From: Octopus sinensis
Taxonomy: Eukaryota
Length of the DNA stretch: 64,000 bases
NCBI RefSeq assembly: GCF_006345805.1
Contig: NC_043004.1
Span: 992,001 to 1,056,000, forward strand
Direction of reading: 5' to 3'
The stretch's first letter is position 1; each line of letters begins with the position of its first letter. The position numbers were made by a program, and so were the translations under genes. The notes under the pieces are model-generated. The model made no database searches, was not told the DNA's origin, and saw only the letters and a list, made by a program, of their open reading frames with translations. This document shows, piece by piece, positions 53,684 to 64,000 of this stretch.

Positions 53684-53952
53684 TGTAGAGCAGGATTCGC
53701 GACAGATGATCCGTAGACAGAAACTTCGCTGCAGGCTAGCTAGGATGTTGGTCAGCAGCTAAACGAAAAGGACTTCCAGTAGGAGAAGGAAAACAGAAGA
53801 ATGCCAACAGTGAATATGAAACGAATCTGAACGAACGAACTAAACAGCAATAATTGGCGACTTAAGCCCCCGATGTACGTAAAGTAATAAACCTTTTATA
53901 AATGTATTCTCGTCTCCATTAGGTTGTTTGCGTATAGTTTAACAAAGCTACA
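53684..53952 (+). mobile_element. Solo LTR, 269 bp
   Basis: Termini TGTAG...CTACA, internal AATAAA, 4-bp TSD TGTA on both sides, second copy at 43047-43463. Confidence 0.7.
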
Positions 53953-54180
53953 TGTATATTGTCAAAGGTTTTTAATCGATTATATCGACTCTCAGGACTG
54001 GATTTATCAACTGATACCCATTTATTCGACTAATGAAGGAGTGAAAAGCAAAATGTACCCAGATGAGATTCGATGTTAGAATATAAATAGACGCAACCGA
54101 AACCCTACATGTAAATTGTCCAACCATCTATCGGTTCAGTCATCCATCCTGCATGGTAAAGTGAGAGCAATAATATCCAT

Positions 54181-54352
54181 AGGCGTAGGAGTGGCTGTGT
54201 GGTAAGTAGCTTGCTAACCAACCACATGGTTCCGGGTTCAGTCCCACTGCGTGGCACCTTGGGCAAGTGTCTTCTGCTATAGCCCCGGGCCGACCAATGC
54301 CTTGTGAGTGGATTTGGTAGACGGAAACTGAAAGAAGCCTGTCGTATATATG

Positions 54353-54404
<52 letters not shown>

Positions 54405-54583
54405 TGTGTTTGTCCCCCTAGCATTGCTTGACAACCGATGCTGATGTGTTTACGTCCCCGTCACTTAGCGGTTCGGCAAAAGAAACCGATAGAATAAGTC
54501 TCGGGGTCGATTTGCTCGACTAAAGGCGGTGCTCCAGCATGGCCGCAGTCAAATGACTGAAACAAGTAAAAGAGTAAAAAGAG
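54181..54583 (+). mobile_element. Full-length family A SINE
   Basis: Complete head, core, microsatellite and tail. Confidence 0.9.
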
Positions 54584-54821
54584 TATAGCTATAATAATGA
54601 AGTCTTCTTTCGGCACAAATTTGAGGAGGAAGAGGTCCCAGTATTTGATTGTCACATTCTTTAATTGATATCGGAACGGTGAAAAGAAATGTTTGACTTC
54701 GGAAGGTTTTGTACTTAGAGCACAGACAGTCGGAACAAATAGCATAAAGGATTTTGTCCGGTGCTTTAACACTTACGTCAATCGCCTGCACCGTTGATAG
54801 TTGTAATCTTACAAAAAACTG

Positions 54822-54822
54822 A

Positions 54823-54904
<82 letters not shown>

Positions 54905-54924
54905 ATAATAATAATAATAATGAT
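54822..54924. repeat. (ACT)n grading into (AAT)n
   Basis: Direct reading. Confidence 0.95.
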
Positions 54925-55222
54925 GTGATAAAAGAAAAGTCGATAGATATGACAGGTTAGCTTGGGAATTTAAGCAGTTGTGGTCGATGAAAAAGGTGGT
55001 AGTAGTAGTAGTAGTAGTACCAATAATTGTCGGAGCCCTGGGAACAGTGAGTAAAAATCTTGAGAAGTACAAGGAACAAATAGGGGCTGCAATAATGGTA
55101 GAGCACTTGGAACCGGTCGAATACTTCGGATGGTGTTCGAAAAATAAAGGGTGTTACCATAGTTCCCTGGTAGTGAACAGCTGGCACTGTAGTACATCTC
55201 CAGCGTTAGAAGCTGAGCAAAG

Positions 55223-55225
<3 letters not shown>
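54925..55225 (+). mobile_element. R4/Dong-like 3' fragment between (TAA)n tracts
   Basis: KVDRYDRLAWEFKQLWSMKKVVVVVVVVPIIVGALGTVSKNL, with a (GTA)n expansion inside the old reading frame. Confidence 0.75.
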
Positions 55226-55261
<36 letters not shown>

Positions 55262-55593
55262 TAATAATAATAATAATAATAATGTATTAGATAGCTGAAA
55301 AGAATGAATAGCATGGTACCGCAGGCTGCAGGTAGTAAGCCCACTACGCATGCAAGACTCCAGCAGCTCCCAAAAAAACCTGTTATAAAGAGAAAATAAT
55401 AATAATCTTTTTTACTAAAGGTACAAGGCCTGAAATTTTGTGGGTAGGAGACTAGTCGATTACATCGACCCCAGTGTTTCACTGGTATTTAATTTATCGA
55501 CCCCGAAAGGATGAAAGGCAAAGTCGCCCTCGGAGGAATTTGAACTCAGAACGTAGACGAAATACTGCCAGGCATTTCGCAATAATAATAATA

Positions 55594-57527
55594 GAGCCAC
55601 CTTGTACTAGACGAGGTTATAATGAAGAACTGTAAATGGTACCAAAAACACTTACGCATGGCCTAGATAGACTTCAAAACGGCTTACATGTTGCCGCATT
55701 CGTGGATTTTGGAAACACTCGACATGTGTGGAAGAGATGAGAACGTGTGTGCACTGATTAAGAACAGCATGTCTAATTGGAAAACACGCCTTTCCTATAA
55801 CAACCAACACTTAACCGAGGTAACAATCAAAAGAGGTATCTTCCAAGGAGACTCTTCTTCACTTCTGTTATTTGTTATAACCTTGATCCCACTTTCTGTA
55901 GTCCTACGCAAAGTCAACGCGCTCTATGAGCTGAGAAAAAACGGATTTCGTCTCAACCACCTTCTCTTCATGGATGATTTTAAAACTGTTCGCAAAAACA
56001 GAGCCTGAACTGGAGAGTCTGGCTGAGACTGTACAAATGTGTAGCAAGGATATAGGGGTGGAATTCGGTATCTCGGAATGTGCGATGCTTACTTTGAAGC
56101 GGGAGAAAAGAGTAAATTGTAGGAGCATAGAATTGCCAAACGGAGAGAGAATGGAAGACACGGATGATGGTGGGTACAAGTAGATATGGGATCCTAAAAC
56201 TTGACAATATCATGCATAAAGAAATGAAAGACAAGATCATCACTGCATATTTCAAGGGCCTTAAACTTCTCTTGAAATCAAAACTCAACTCAAGGTACCT
56301 TGTGACTGCCATTAACATATAGGCGGTTGCTGTACTCTGCTATAATGCACCCATCCTGAGATGGACGCAAGCGGACATTAACCAACTTGATCGCACACTC
56401 CCGAAAGACAATGACAATGCATGGTTCCTTCCACCCTAAGACAAATGTACACAGGCTCTACATGAAGAGAGGTAAGGGTAGACGTAGGATAATTAGCGTA
56501 CGGGAGTGCATCAACAGTGAGAGAAGAAACATGGCAGAATATTTGGTGAACAGCAAACAAGACCTGCTGCAGTAAGCTACTAATGCTGAAGGATTTAACA
56601 AAAATGGACTTGAGAATTTTTATGAATTCCGATCAAGAACAGCCAACGAGAGAGAAGCCCTACTCCACATGGAATTAAATGGTCAGTTCCACCGTGAAGT
56701 TAACAGATAAAAAGACCAGGAAGTATCATGGAGGTGACTTAAAAAAGGTGACCTGAAATAGAAATACTGAAAGCCTAATCATCGCGGTCCAGGACCAGGC
56801 ATTGAATACCAACTCAGTGGAAAAGAATATATGCCACACAAGTGCAACAGACGTCTGCAGAATGTGTGGAAAAAGGGTTGAAAGTGTGACTCACATTGTT
56901 AGTGCTTGTGAAAGTCTTGCGCAGAGAGTGCAAGCGTAAACTCGACAAAGTAGCCCAAAACCTCCACTGGTTACTATGCCGTAAGTATGGATATGAGGTT
57001 ATGGGTGCTTGGTACCAACATACACCGGAAAATGTAATGGACAAAAAGGGGAAGGCAAAAATCCCCTGGGGCTTTGATTTCCAAATAGAAAAAGTCTTAG
57101 AGCACCGAAGGCCGGATATAGTAATCTTTAGGAGGGACAAACAAAAGTGCCTAATAATTGAAGTGGCAGTGCCAGGAGATAAACATATCATCATGAAAGA
57201 AAGAGAAAAGATTGATAAATATGGAGACCTGAGAATTGAGATCGCTAAGATGTAGCAGCTACGAGAGTCAAACATAAGGGTTGTCGCTATTGTCATCGGA
57301 GCATTGGGTTCAATAACCACCCAATCTGAAAAAAACATCTGAAAACTTTAGAAATACCCTACGGTCTAGATGAATTGAAGAAGTCGGCATTACTTGGAAC
57401 TGCACGTTTATTGCATAAAGTACTGTCTATCTGAGGTCCTTGCGGTGACTTGACAAACAGTACAAACCCCCGGTAGACACAGTATCTGCAATCAACAACC
57501 TCACGTTAATGTATACTGTGCGACATC

Positions 57528-57528
<1 letters not shown>
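55594..57528 (+). mobile_element. 5'-truncated R4/Dong-like RLE retrotransposon (RT, CCHC knuckle, RLE) flanked by (TAA)n
   Basis: IKRGIFQGD, NHLLFMDD, CRMCGKRVESVTHIVSAC and RPDIVI..CLIIEVAVPGD. (AAT)n at 55581-55593 and from 57529. Confidence 0.9.
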
Positions 57529-57567
<39 letters not shown>

Positions 57568-57612
57568 GTCATAATAATAATAATGGTGATGATGATGATG
57601 ATGATGATAATG

Positions 57613-57673
<61 letters not shown>

Positions 57674-57674
<1 letters not shown>

Positions 57675-58062
57675 GACTTCCGGGAAATTTGGTGGAAAAT
57701 TTCCTGGGAAATTCCGAGAAGTTTCTCACTTCCGGGAAATTTGGTCGAAAACTTCCTGGGAAGTTCGAGGATTTTCTAACTTTCGGGAAAATTGGTCGAA
57801 AAATTCCTGGGAATTTTCGAGGATATACTAACTTCCGGGAAGTTTGTTCGAAAACTGCCTGGGAGTTCCGAGAACTTTGTAACTTCCGGGAAAATTGGTC
57901 GAAATTTTCCTGGGGAGTTCCGAGGATTTTCGAATTTGCTGGCAATTTGGTCGAAAACTTCCTGGGAAGTTCCGAGGATTGTCTCTCTTCCAGGAAGTTT
58001 AGTCGAAATCTGCCTGAGAAGTTCCGAGTATTTTCTAAATTCCGGGAAGTTTGGTTGAAAAC
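57674..58062 (+). repeat. About 52-bp minisatellite (block 1; block 2 at about 60593-60825)
   Basis: Unit ACTTCCGGGAAATTTGGTCGAAAACTTCCTGGGAAGTTCCGAGGATTTTCTA. Confidence 0.9.
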
Positions 58063-60592
58063 TGCATAGCGGTTTGACAAACGAGATCGATAAAAGGACG
58101 TAGCGTTTCGACAAACAAGATGATTAAATGAGACAGAGGTTCGCCAAACAAGATCGATAAAATGACGTAGCGGTTCGCCAAACGAGATAAAAAATGACTT
58201 GGCAGTTCGACAAACAAGATCGAAAAAATGACTTAGCGGTTCGCCAAACAAGATCGATAAAATGACGTAGCGGTTTGCCAAACGAGATCGATAAAATGAC
58301 GTAGCGGGTTCGCCAAACGAGATCGATAAAATGACGTAGCGGTTCGCCAAGCGAGATAGATAAAATATCGTAGCGGTTCGCCAAACGAGATCAATAAAAT
58401 CACGTAGTGGTTCGCCAAACGGGTTGGATAAAATGACTTAGCGGTTCGCCAAACGAGATCGATAAAATGACGTAGCAGTTCGACAAACGAGAACGATAAA
58501 ACTCCAGGCATTCCAGACATTCCTCACACTCCAGAATTCTTGACATTCCTGACGTTCCAGACATACCAGACATTCCGGATATTCCTCACATTCCAGACAT
58601 TCCTGGTATTCCAGACATTCCTGACATTCATCACATTCCTGACATTCCAGACATGGCTTGAAATGAGGTAACGTCTAGAATGTCTGGAATGTCTAGAATG
58701 TCAAGAATGTCTCGAATGTGAGGAATTATGGAATGAGAGGAATGTCTGGAATGTCAGGAATGTCTGGAATGTGAGGAATGTCTGGAATAATTATCTCCAT
58801 CCATCCATCCATCCACCATTAAATAACTACCTCCATCCATCTATCCATCTATGCATCCATCTATCCATCCATCAAGCCATCCATCCATCCATCCGCCATT
58901 AAATAAATACCTGCATCCATCCATCCGCCATTAAATAACTATCTCCATCCATTCATCCATTCATGCATCAATTCATCCAACTATCCATCCATCCATCTGC
59001 CATTAAAAAATACCTGCATCCATCCATCCAACCATCCATCCATCCTCCATTAAATAAATACCTCCATCCATCCATCCATCCATCAATCCATCCAAACATC
59101 CATCCATCCATCCATCCATCCATCCATCCATCCATCAGCCATAAAATAAATACCTGCATCCATCCATCCATCCGCCATTAAATAATTATCTCCATCCATC
59201 CATCAACCATTAATTAAATACCTCCATCCATCCGCCATTAAATATCTACCTCCATCCATCCATCCATCCATCGAAATCGATAAAATGACGTAGCGGTTCA
59301 CCAAACGAGATCGATAAAATGACTTAGCAGTTCGAGAAACGAGATAGATAAAATGACGTAGCCGATCGCCATATGAGTTCGATAACATGACCTAGCGGTT
59401 CGCCAAACGGGTTCGATAAAATGAATTAGAGGTTCGCCAAACGAGATCTATAAAAGGACTTAGCGGTTCGCTAAACAAGATCGATAAAATGACGTAGCAG
59501 TTCGACAAACTAGATAGATAAAATGACGTAGCCAAACGAGTTCGATAAAATGACTTAGCGGTTCGCCAAACGGGTTCGATAAAATGACCTAGCAGTTCGA
59601 CAAACGGGTGCGATAAAATGATCTAGCGGTTCGCCCAACGAGATCGATAAAATGACTTAGCGGTTCGACAAACGAGATCGATGAAATGACGTAGCGTTTC
59701 CCTAAACGAGATCGATAAAATGACTTAACGGTTCGGCAAACGAGATCGATAAAATGACGTAGCGGTTCGCCAAACAAGATCGATAAAATGACGTAGCTGT
59801 TCGACAAACGAGATCGATGAAATGACGTAGCGTTTCCCTAAACGAGATCGATAAAATGACTTAACGGTTCGGCAAACGAGATCGATAAAATGACGTAGCG
59901 GTTCGCCAAACAAGATCGATAAAATGACGTAGCTGTTCGACAAACGAGATCGATGAAATGACGTAGCGTTTCCCTAAACGAGATCGATAAAATGACTTAA
60001 CGGTTCGGCAAACGAGATCGATAAAATGACGTAGCGGTTCGCCAAACAAGATCGATAAAATGACGTAGCTGTTCGACAAACGAGATCGATACAATGACGT
60101 AGCGGTTCGCCAAATGAGATCGATAAAATGCTGTAGCGGTTCGTCAAACGGGTTCGATAAATTGACTTAGCGGCTGGACAAACGAGATCTATAAAATGAC
60201 TTAGTGGTTCGCCAAACGAGATCAATAAAATAACTAAGGGGTTCATTAAACGAGATCGATAAAATCACGTAGCGTTTCGACAAACGAGATCGATAATATG
60301 ACGTCGTGGTTTGCCAAAGGAGATCGATAAAATGATGTAGCGGTTCGACAAACGGGTTCGAGAAAATGACATAGTGGTTCGACAAACGAGTTCAATAACA
60401 TGACGTAGTGGTTCGCCAAACGAGATCGATAAAATGACGTAGCGGTTCGCCAAACAAGATCGATAAAATGACGTAGCTGTTCGACAAACGAGATCGATAA
60501 TATGACGTAGCGGTTCGCCAAACGAGATCGATAAAATATCGTAGCGGTTCGACAAACGAGATCGATAAAATGACTTAGCGGTTTGCCAAACT
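58063..60592 (+). repeat. 34-bp satellite interrupted at about 58501-59270 by a 9-bp inverted array and a (CCAT)n array
   Basis: Unit AAACGAGATCGATAAAATGACGTAGCGGTTCGCC; a 136-bp 4-mer occurs three times at 59670-60077. Confidence 0.93.
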
Positions 60593-61502
60593 GAAAACTG
60601 GTCGAAAACTGTCTGGGAAGTTCCGAGGATTTTCTAACTTCGGGAAATTTGGTCGATAACTTCCTGGGAATTCCGAGAATTTTCTAACTTCCTGGAAAAT
60701 TGATCGAAAAATTTCTGGGATGTTCCGATGATTTTCTAACTTCCGGGAAGTTTGGTCGAAACTGCTTGGGAATTACCGAGGATTTTCTTACTTCCTGGAA
60801 AATTGGTCGTAAACGTCCTGGGAAGAAGGCGGTTGGACGTGACAGAGGCTGGACGTGTTTTTCGCTGCTGTGACCTGTCAACAGCTAACCCAGCAGGACA
60901 ACTGTAAAACAACTGTAAAAAACTGGAAGATCTGTTTTCTGTGAGTAATTTGAATTTCCCTCAAAATAAGTTAAGGAACTTACATATCTACAGCTTTGGA
61001 CAAACAAACGAACACCTAACAAAAAAAATTAGAAACATAAATATCTTCAATTTTGTGTGAACATTTTGACGTCCCTTCTTCCTTGACTATCAGAATATGT
61101 AAAAATGCCTTTTATTATAACAACACAATTAAATGCACGATAAAAAAATTATGGAAGTAAGCACCTGCTAATATATACATACTGCGCAACTACAAAAACT
61201 GTAAACCACAGCAAAACTTTTAAAAATAAAATAAAAATTCCAAAAGAAAAAGAAATTCAGAAATTCAAAATCCCAACAAGGTGAACCTGCTCTTCATCCT
61301 ACTGTTCCCAAAGACTGGAATATCTACAACTCCCTGTAAATATTTTAAATTTCCTTCAAAATAAAATAAGTTAGGAAACTTACATACTTACAGCGATCGA
61401 ACACACAAACGGTCAGCTTAAAATACAAAAAAAAAACCCAAAAAATCTTTAATATCTACAACGTATCCTTTCCTCTCCCCCTGAGTATTCGAAAATGTAA
61501 AC

Positions 61503-62125
61503 ATCATCCTCCTTTTTATTCTGAGAACACAATCATTTCTCTCTGTGCAGTCATACAAAAGACCATATTTAGTAAATCTTAGAACTTTACTAGCCACAAC
61601 TTGTTTTCTTTTCTTTTTGACTCTCCCTGAACATTCGAAAAAGTAAACATTCTTCTTCCCATTGCAAAAGTCTTATTGTATTTTCCAAATGGACAGACAA
61701 ACGAACATCTCAAGAATACTTAAAAACTTTGATATATTACCCAAATACGTAAACACAACTTTTATTGCAACAACACAATTGAAGTCAGAAATTAAAAAAA
61801 TCATCGACGTGAATATCAGATAATATGTGTGTGTGAGTATACATATACATATGTGTGTGGGTATATGTTCGTTTGTCTGTCCATTTGGAAAATACAATAA
61901 GACTTTTGCAATGGGAAGAAGAATGTTTACTTTTGCAATGGGAAGAAGAATGTTTACTTTTGCAATGGGAAGAAGAATGTTTACTTTTTTCGAATGTTCA
62001 GGGAGAGTCAAAAAGAAAAGAAAACAAGTGGTGGCTAGTAAAGTTCTAAGATTTACTAAATATGGTCTTTTGTATGACTGCACAGAGAGAAATGATTGTG
62101 TTCTTAGAATAAAAAGGAGGATGAT
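61503..62125. repeat. Young inverted duplication (arms 61503-61708 and 61865-62125)
   Basis: Arms are reverse-complementary with only a few mismatches; a 27-bp unit is present three times in the right arm only. Confidence 0.92.
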
Positions 62126-62166
62126 ATATAGAGACTTAGTAATTTTAATATTTCTATACATATATA

Positions 62167-62546
62167 TCTCTCTCTATATAAACGGCAGTTTGTCTGTGCG
62201 TGTTTCTGTGTGTCTGTTTGCTTGTACCCTCACCCTGACCACGGCTTTCAACCGATTCTGATGAAACTTGACACACACATAGCCCAATGTCATAATTCAA
62301 AACTAACGCAGCGAAAATTTTGAAAAGTTCCCCCAGTTCTGAAAAAATCGATAAATTCGACATGGGGTCGAGAATCAGAAACACAAACCGCAAACTGTCT
62401 AGGGGACGCAACTCCACCTTTTTTAAGTAAAAAAAATTTACCATCATTTTTTTCCATTTTTTTGTTATTTTTTGGCTATAACTCTCTAAAAATGCTTTAT
62501 AGTTATTTCCCTTACAAACCCGAGCAACGCCGGGCGATACTGCTAG
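62167..62546 (+). mobile_element. Complete non-autonomous Helitron, 380 bp, followed by a second related Helitron-like 5' part (62547 to about 62890)
   Basis: A/TC start, subterminal hairpin CCCGAGCAACGCCGGG, CTAG/T end, no TSD. Confidence 0.85.
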
Positions 62547-62895
62547 TTTATATATAAAAGTGAAGTTGTGTGTCTGTCTCCTACGATTTAGATTCCTAAC
62601 TACTCCCACATTTTGCGGTGCAGTGTAACCAAAAGCGGGTATCTTATAGTCGTGATTCATATCGAGCCCTTCCGGGTATTAGCGCGCGTCTACGATGAGT
62701 CTACGATTAAAAAAAAAATTACCATCATGTTTTTCCATTTTAATGCATTTTTTTCGCAATTATATAAGGGAAGTAACTCTCTAAAAATGTCTACGATGAG
62801 TCAACGATTTAAAAAAAATTTACGATAATTTTTTTCCAATTTTAATGCATTTTTTTGCTATTTTTTGGCTATAACTCTCTGAAAATGCTTACATT

Positions 62896-63295
62896 CTTTT
62901 TCTTCTTGTTTCAGTCATTTGACTGCGGCCATGCTGGAGCACCGCCTTTAGTCGAGCAAATCGACCCCAGGACTTATTCTTTGTAAGCCCAGTACTTATT
63001 TTATCGGTCTCTTTTGCCGAACCGCTAAGTAACGGGGATGTAACCACACCACCATCGGTTGTCAAGCAATGCTAGGGGGACAAACACAGACACACAAACA
63101 CACACATATACATATATACACATACATATATACGACAGGCTTCTTTCAATTTCCGTCTACGAAATCCACTCACAAGTCATTGGTCGGCCCGGGGCTATAG
63201 TAGAAGACACTTGCCCAAGATGTCACGCAGAGGGACTGAACCCGGAACCATGTGGTTGGTTAGCAAGCTACTTACCACACAGCCACTCCTGCGCC
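62896..63295 (-). mobile_element. Full-length family A SINE
   Basis: Reverse complement of 54181-54583. Confidence 0.9.
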
Positions 63296-63458
63296 ATTAT
63301 ATATATATATTCTCTCCCAATTTCGCAGTGTGTGTATGTGCATAAATAAACGTATTTACGGTAATGTATCCCATTGCTTAGGTTATAATATTTCATTAAT
63401 ATATGTTTTGATGAACGTCAGATCTGATAACAAGATTGCTTTACACCATTCAAGGCTT

Positions 63459-64000
63459 CAGAGATCAAAGAGGGGTGCCGACAGAGATCAAAGAGGGGTG
63501 CCGACAGAGATCAAAGAGGGGTACCGACAGAGATCAAAGAGGGGTGCCGACAGAGATCAAAGAAGGTGTCGACAGAGATCGAAGGGGGTGCCGACAGAGA
63601 TCAAAGAGGGTGCCGACAGAGATCAAAGGGGTGCCGACAGAGATCAAAGAGGGGTGCCGACAGAGATCAAAGGAGGTCCCGACAGAAATCAAAGAGGGGT
63701 GCCGACAGAGATCAAAGGGGGTGCCGACAGAGATCAAAGAGGGGTGCCGACAGAGGTTAAAAAGGGTGCCGACAGAGATCAAAGTGGGTGCCGACAGAGA
63801 TCAAAGAGGGGTGCTGACAAAGATCAAAGGGGGTGCCGACAGAGATCAAAGAGGGGTGTCGACAGAGATCAAAGAGGGGTGCCGACAGAGATCGAAGGGG
63901 GTGCCGACAGAGATCAAAGAGGGGTGCCGACAGCAATCAAAGAGGGTGCCAACAGAGATCAAAGAGGGGTGCCGACAGAGATCAAAGAGGGGTGCCGACA
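63459..64000 (+). repeat. 22-23-bp satellite running off the window end
   Basis: Unit GCCGACAGAGATCAAAGAGGGGT. Confidence 0.95.

Noticed and set aside
57427-58350. 307-aa ORF and neighbouring ORFs with repeated FIDLVWRT motifs
   Set aside because: Open frames through the 34-bp and 52-bp satellites and (TAA)n, not a gene.
58063-60592. 34-bp periodic repeats as a CRISPR array
   Set aside because: Units are head-to-tail with no unique spacers, there are no cas genes, and the context is eukaryotic; this is a satellite.

Overview
AT-rich, repeat-dominated eukaryotic DNA. The repeat content suggests an octopus or other coleoid cephalopod, but that is inference. There is one 100-N assembly gap at 18696-18795. 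Two host genes are supported, both on the minus strand. The first is an intronless 433-aa class A GPCR (52980-51679). The second is a spliced gene that the ORF track largely misses: six candidate exons with canonical AG/GT sites (46752-46680, 32673-32290, 10967-10939, 6889-6794, 2436-2403, 2094-1973) join in phase into an open 245-aa protein I do not recognise. Most remaining sequence is transposable elements and simple repeats. Retroelements are CR1-like and RTE LINEs, R4/Dong-like RLE retrotransposons sitting in (TAA)n, several tRNA-headed SINE families and a solo LTR. DNA elements are a mariner relic, a pogo-like element with intact TIRs, several MITEs and Helitron-like pieces. Repeats include kb-scale (TA)n tracts and a nested satellite block at 57.7-60.8 kb. 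The most interesting observations are seven minimal type I hammerhead-ribozyme-like motifs (one inside a 483-bp unit bounded by an exact 31-bp direct repeat, retrozyme-like), a cluster of fold-back palindromes, and a SINE/LINE 3' stem-loop with compensatory changes. All calls were read by eye, without database searches.
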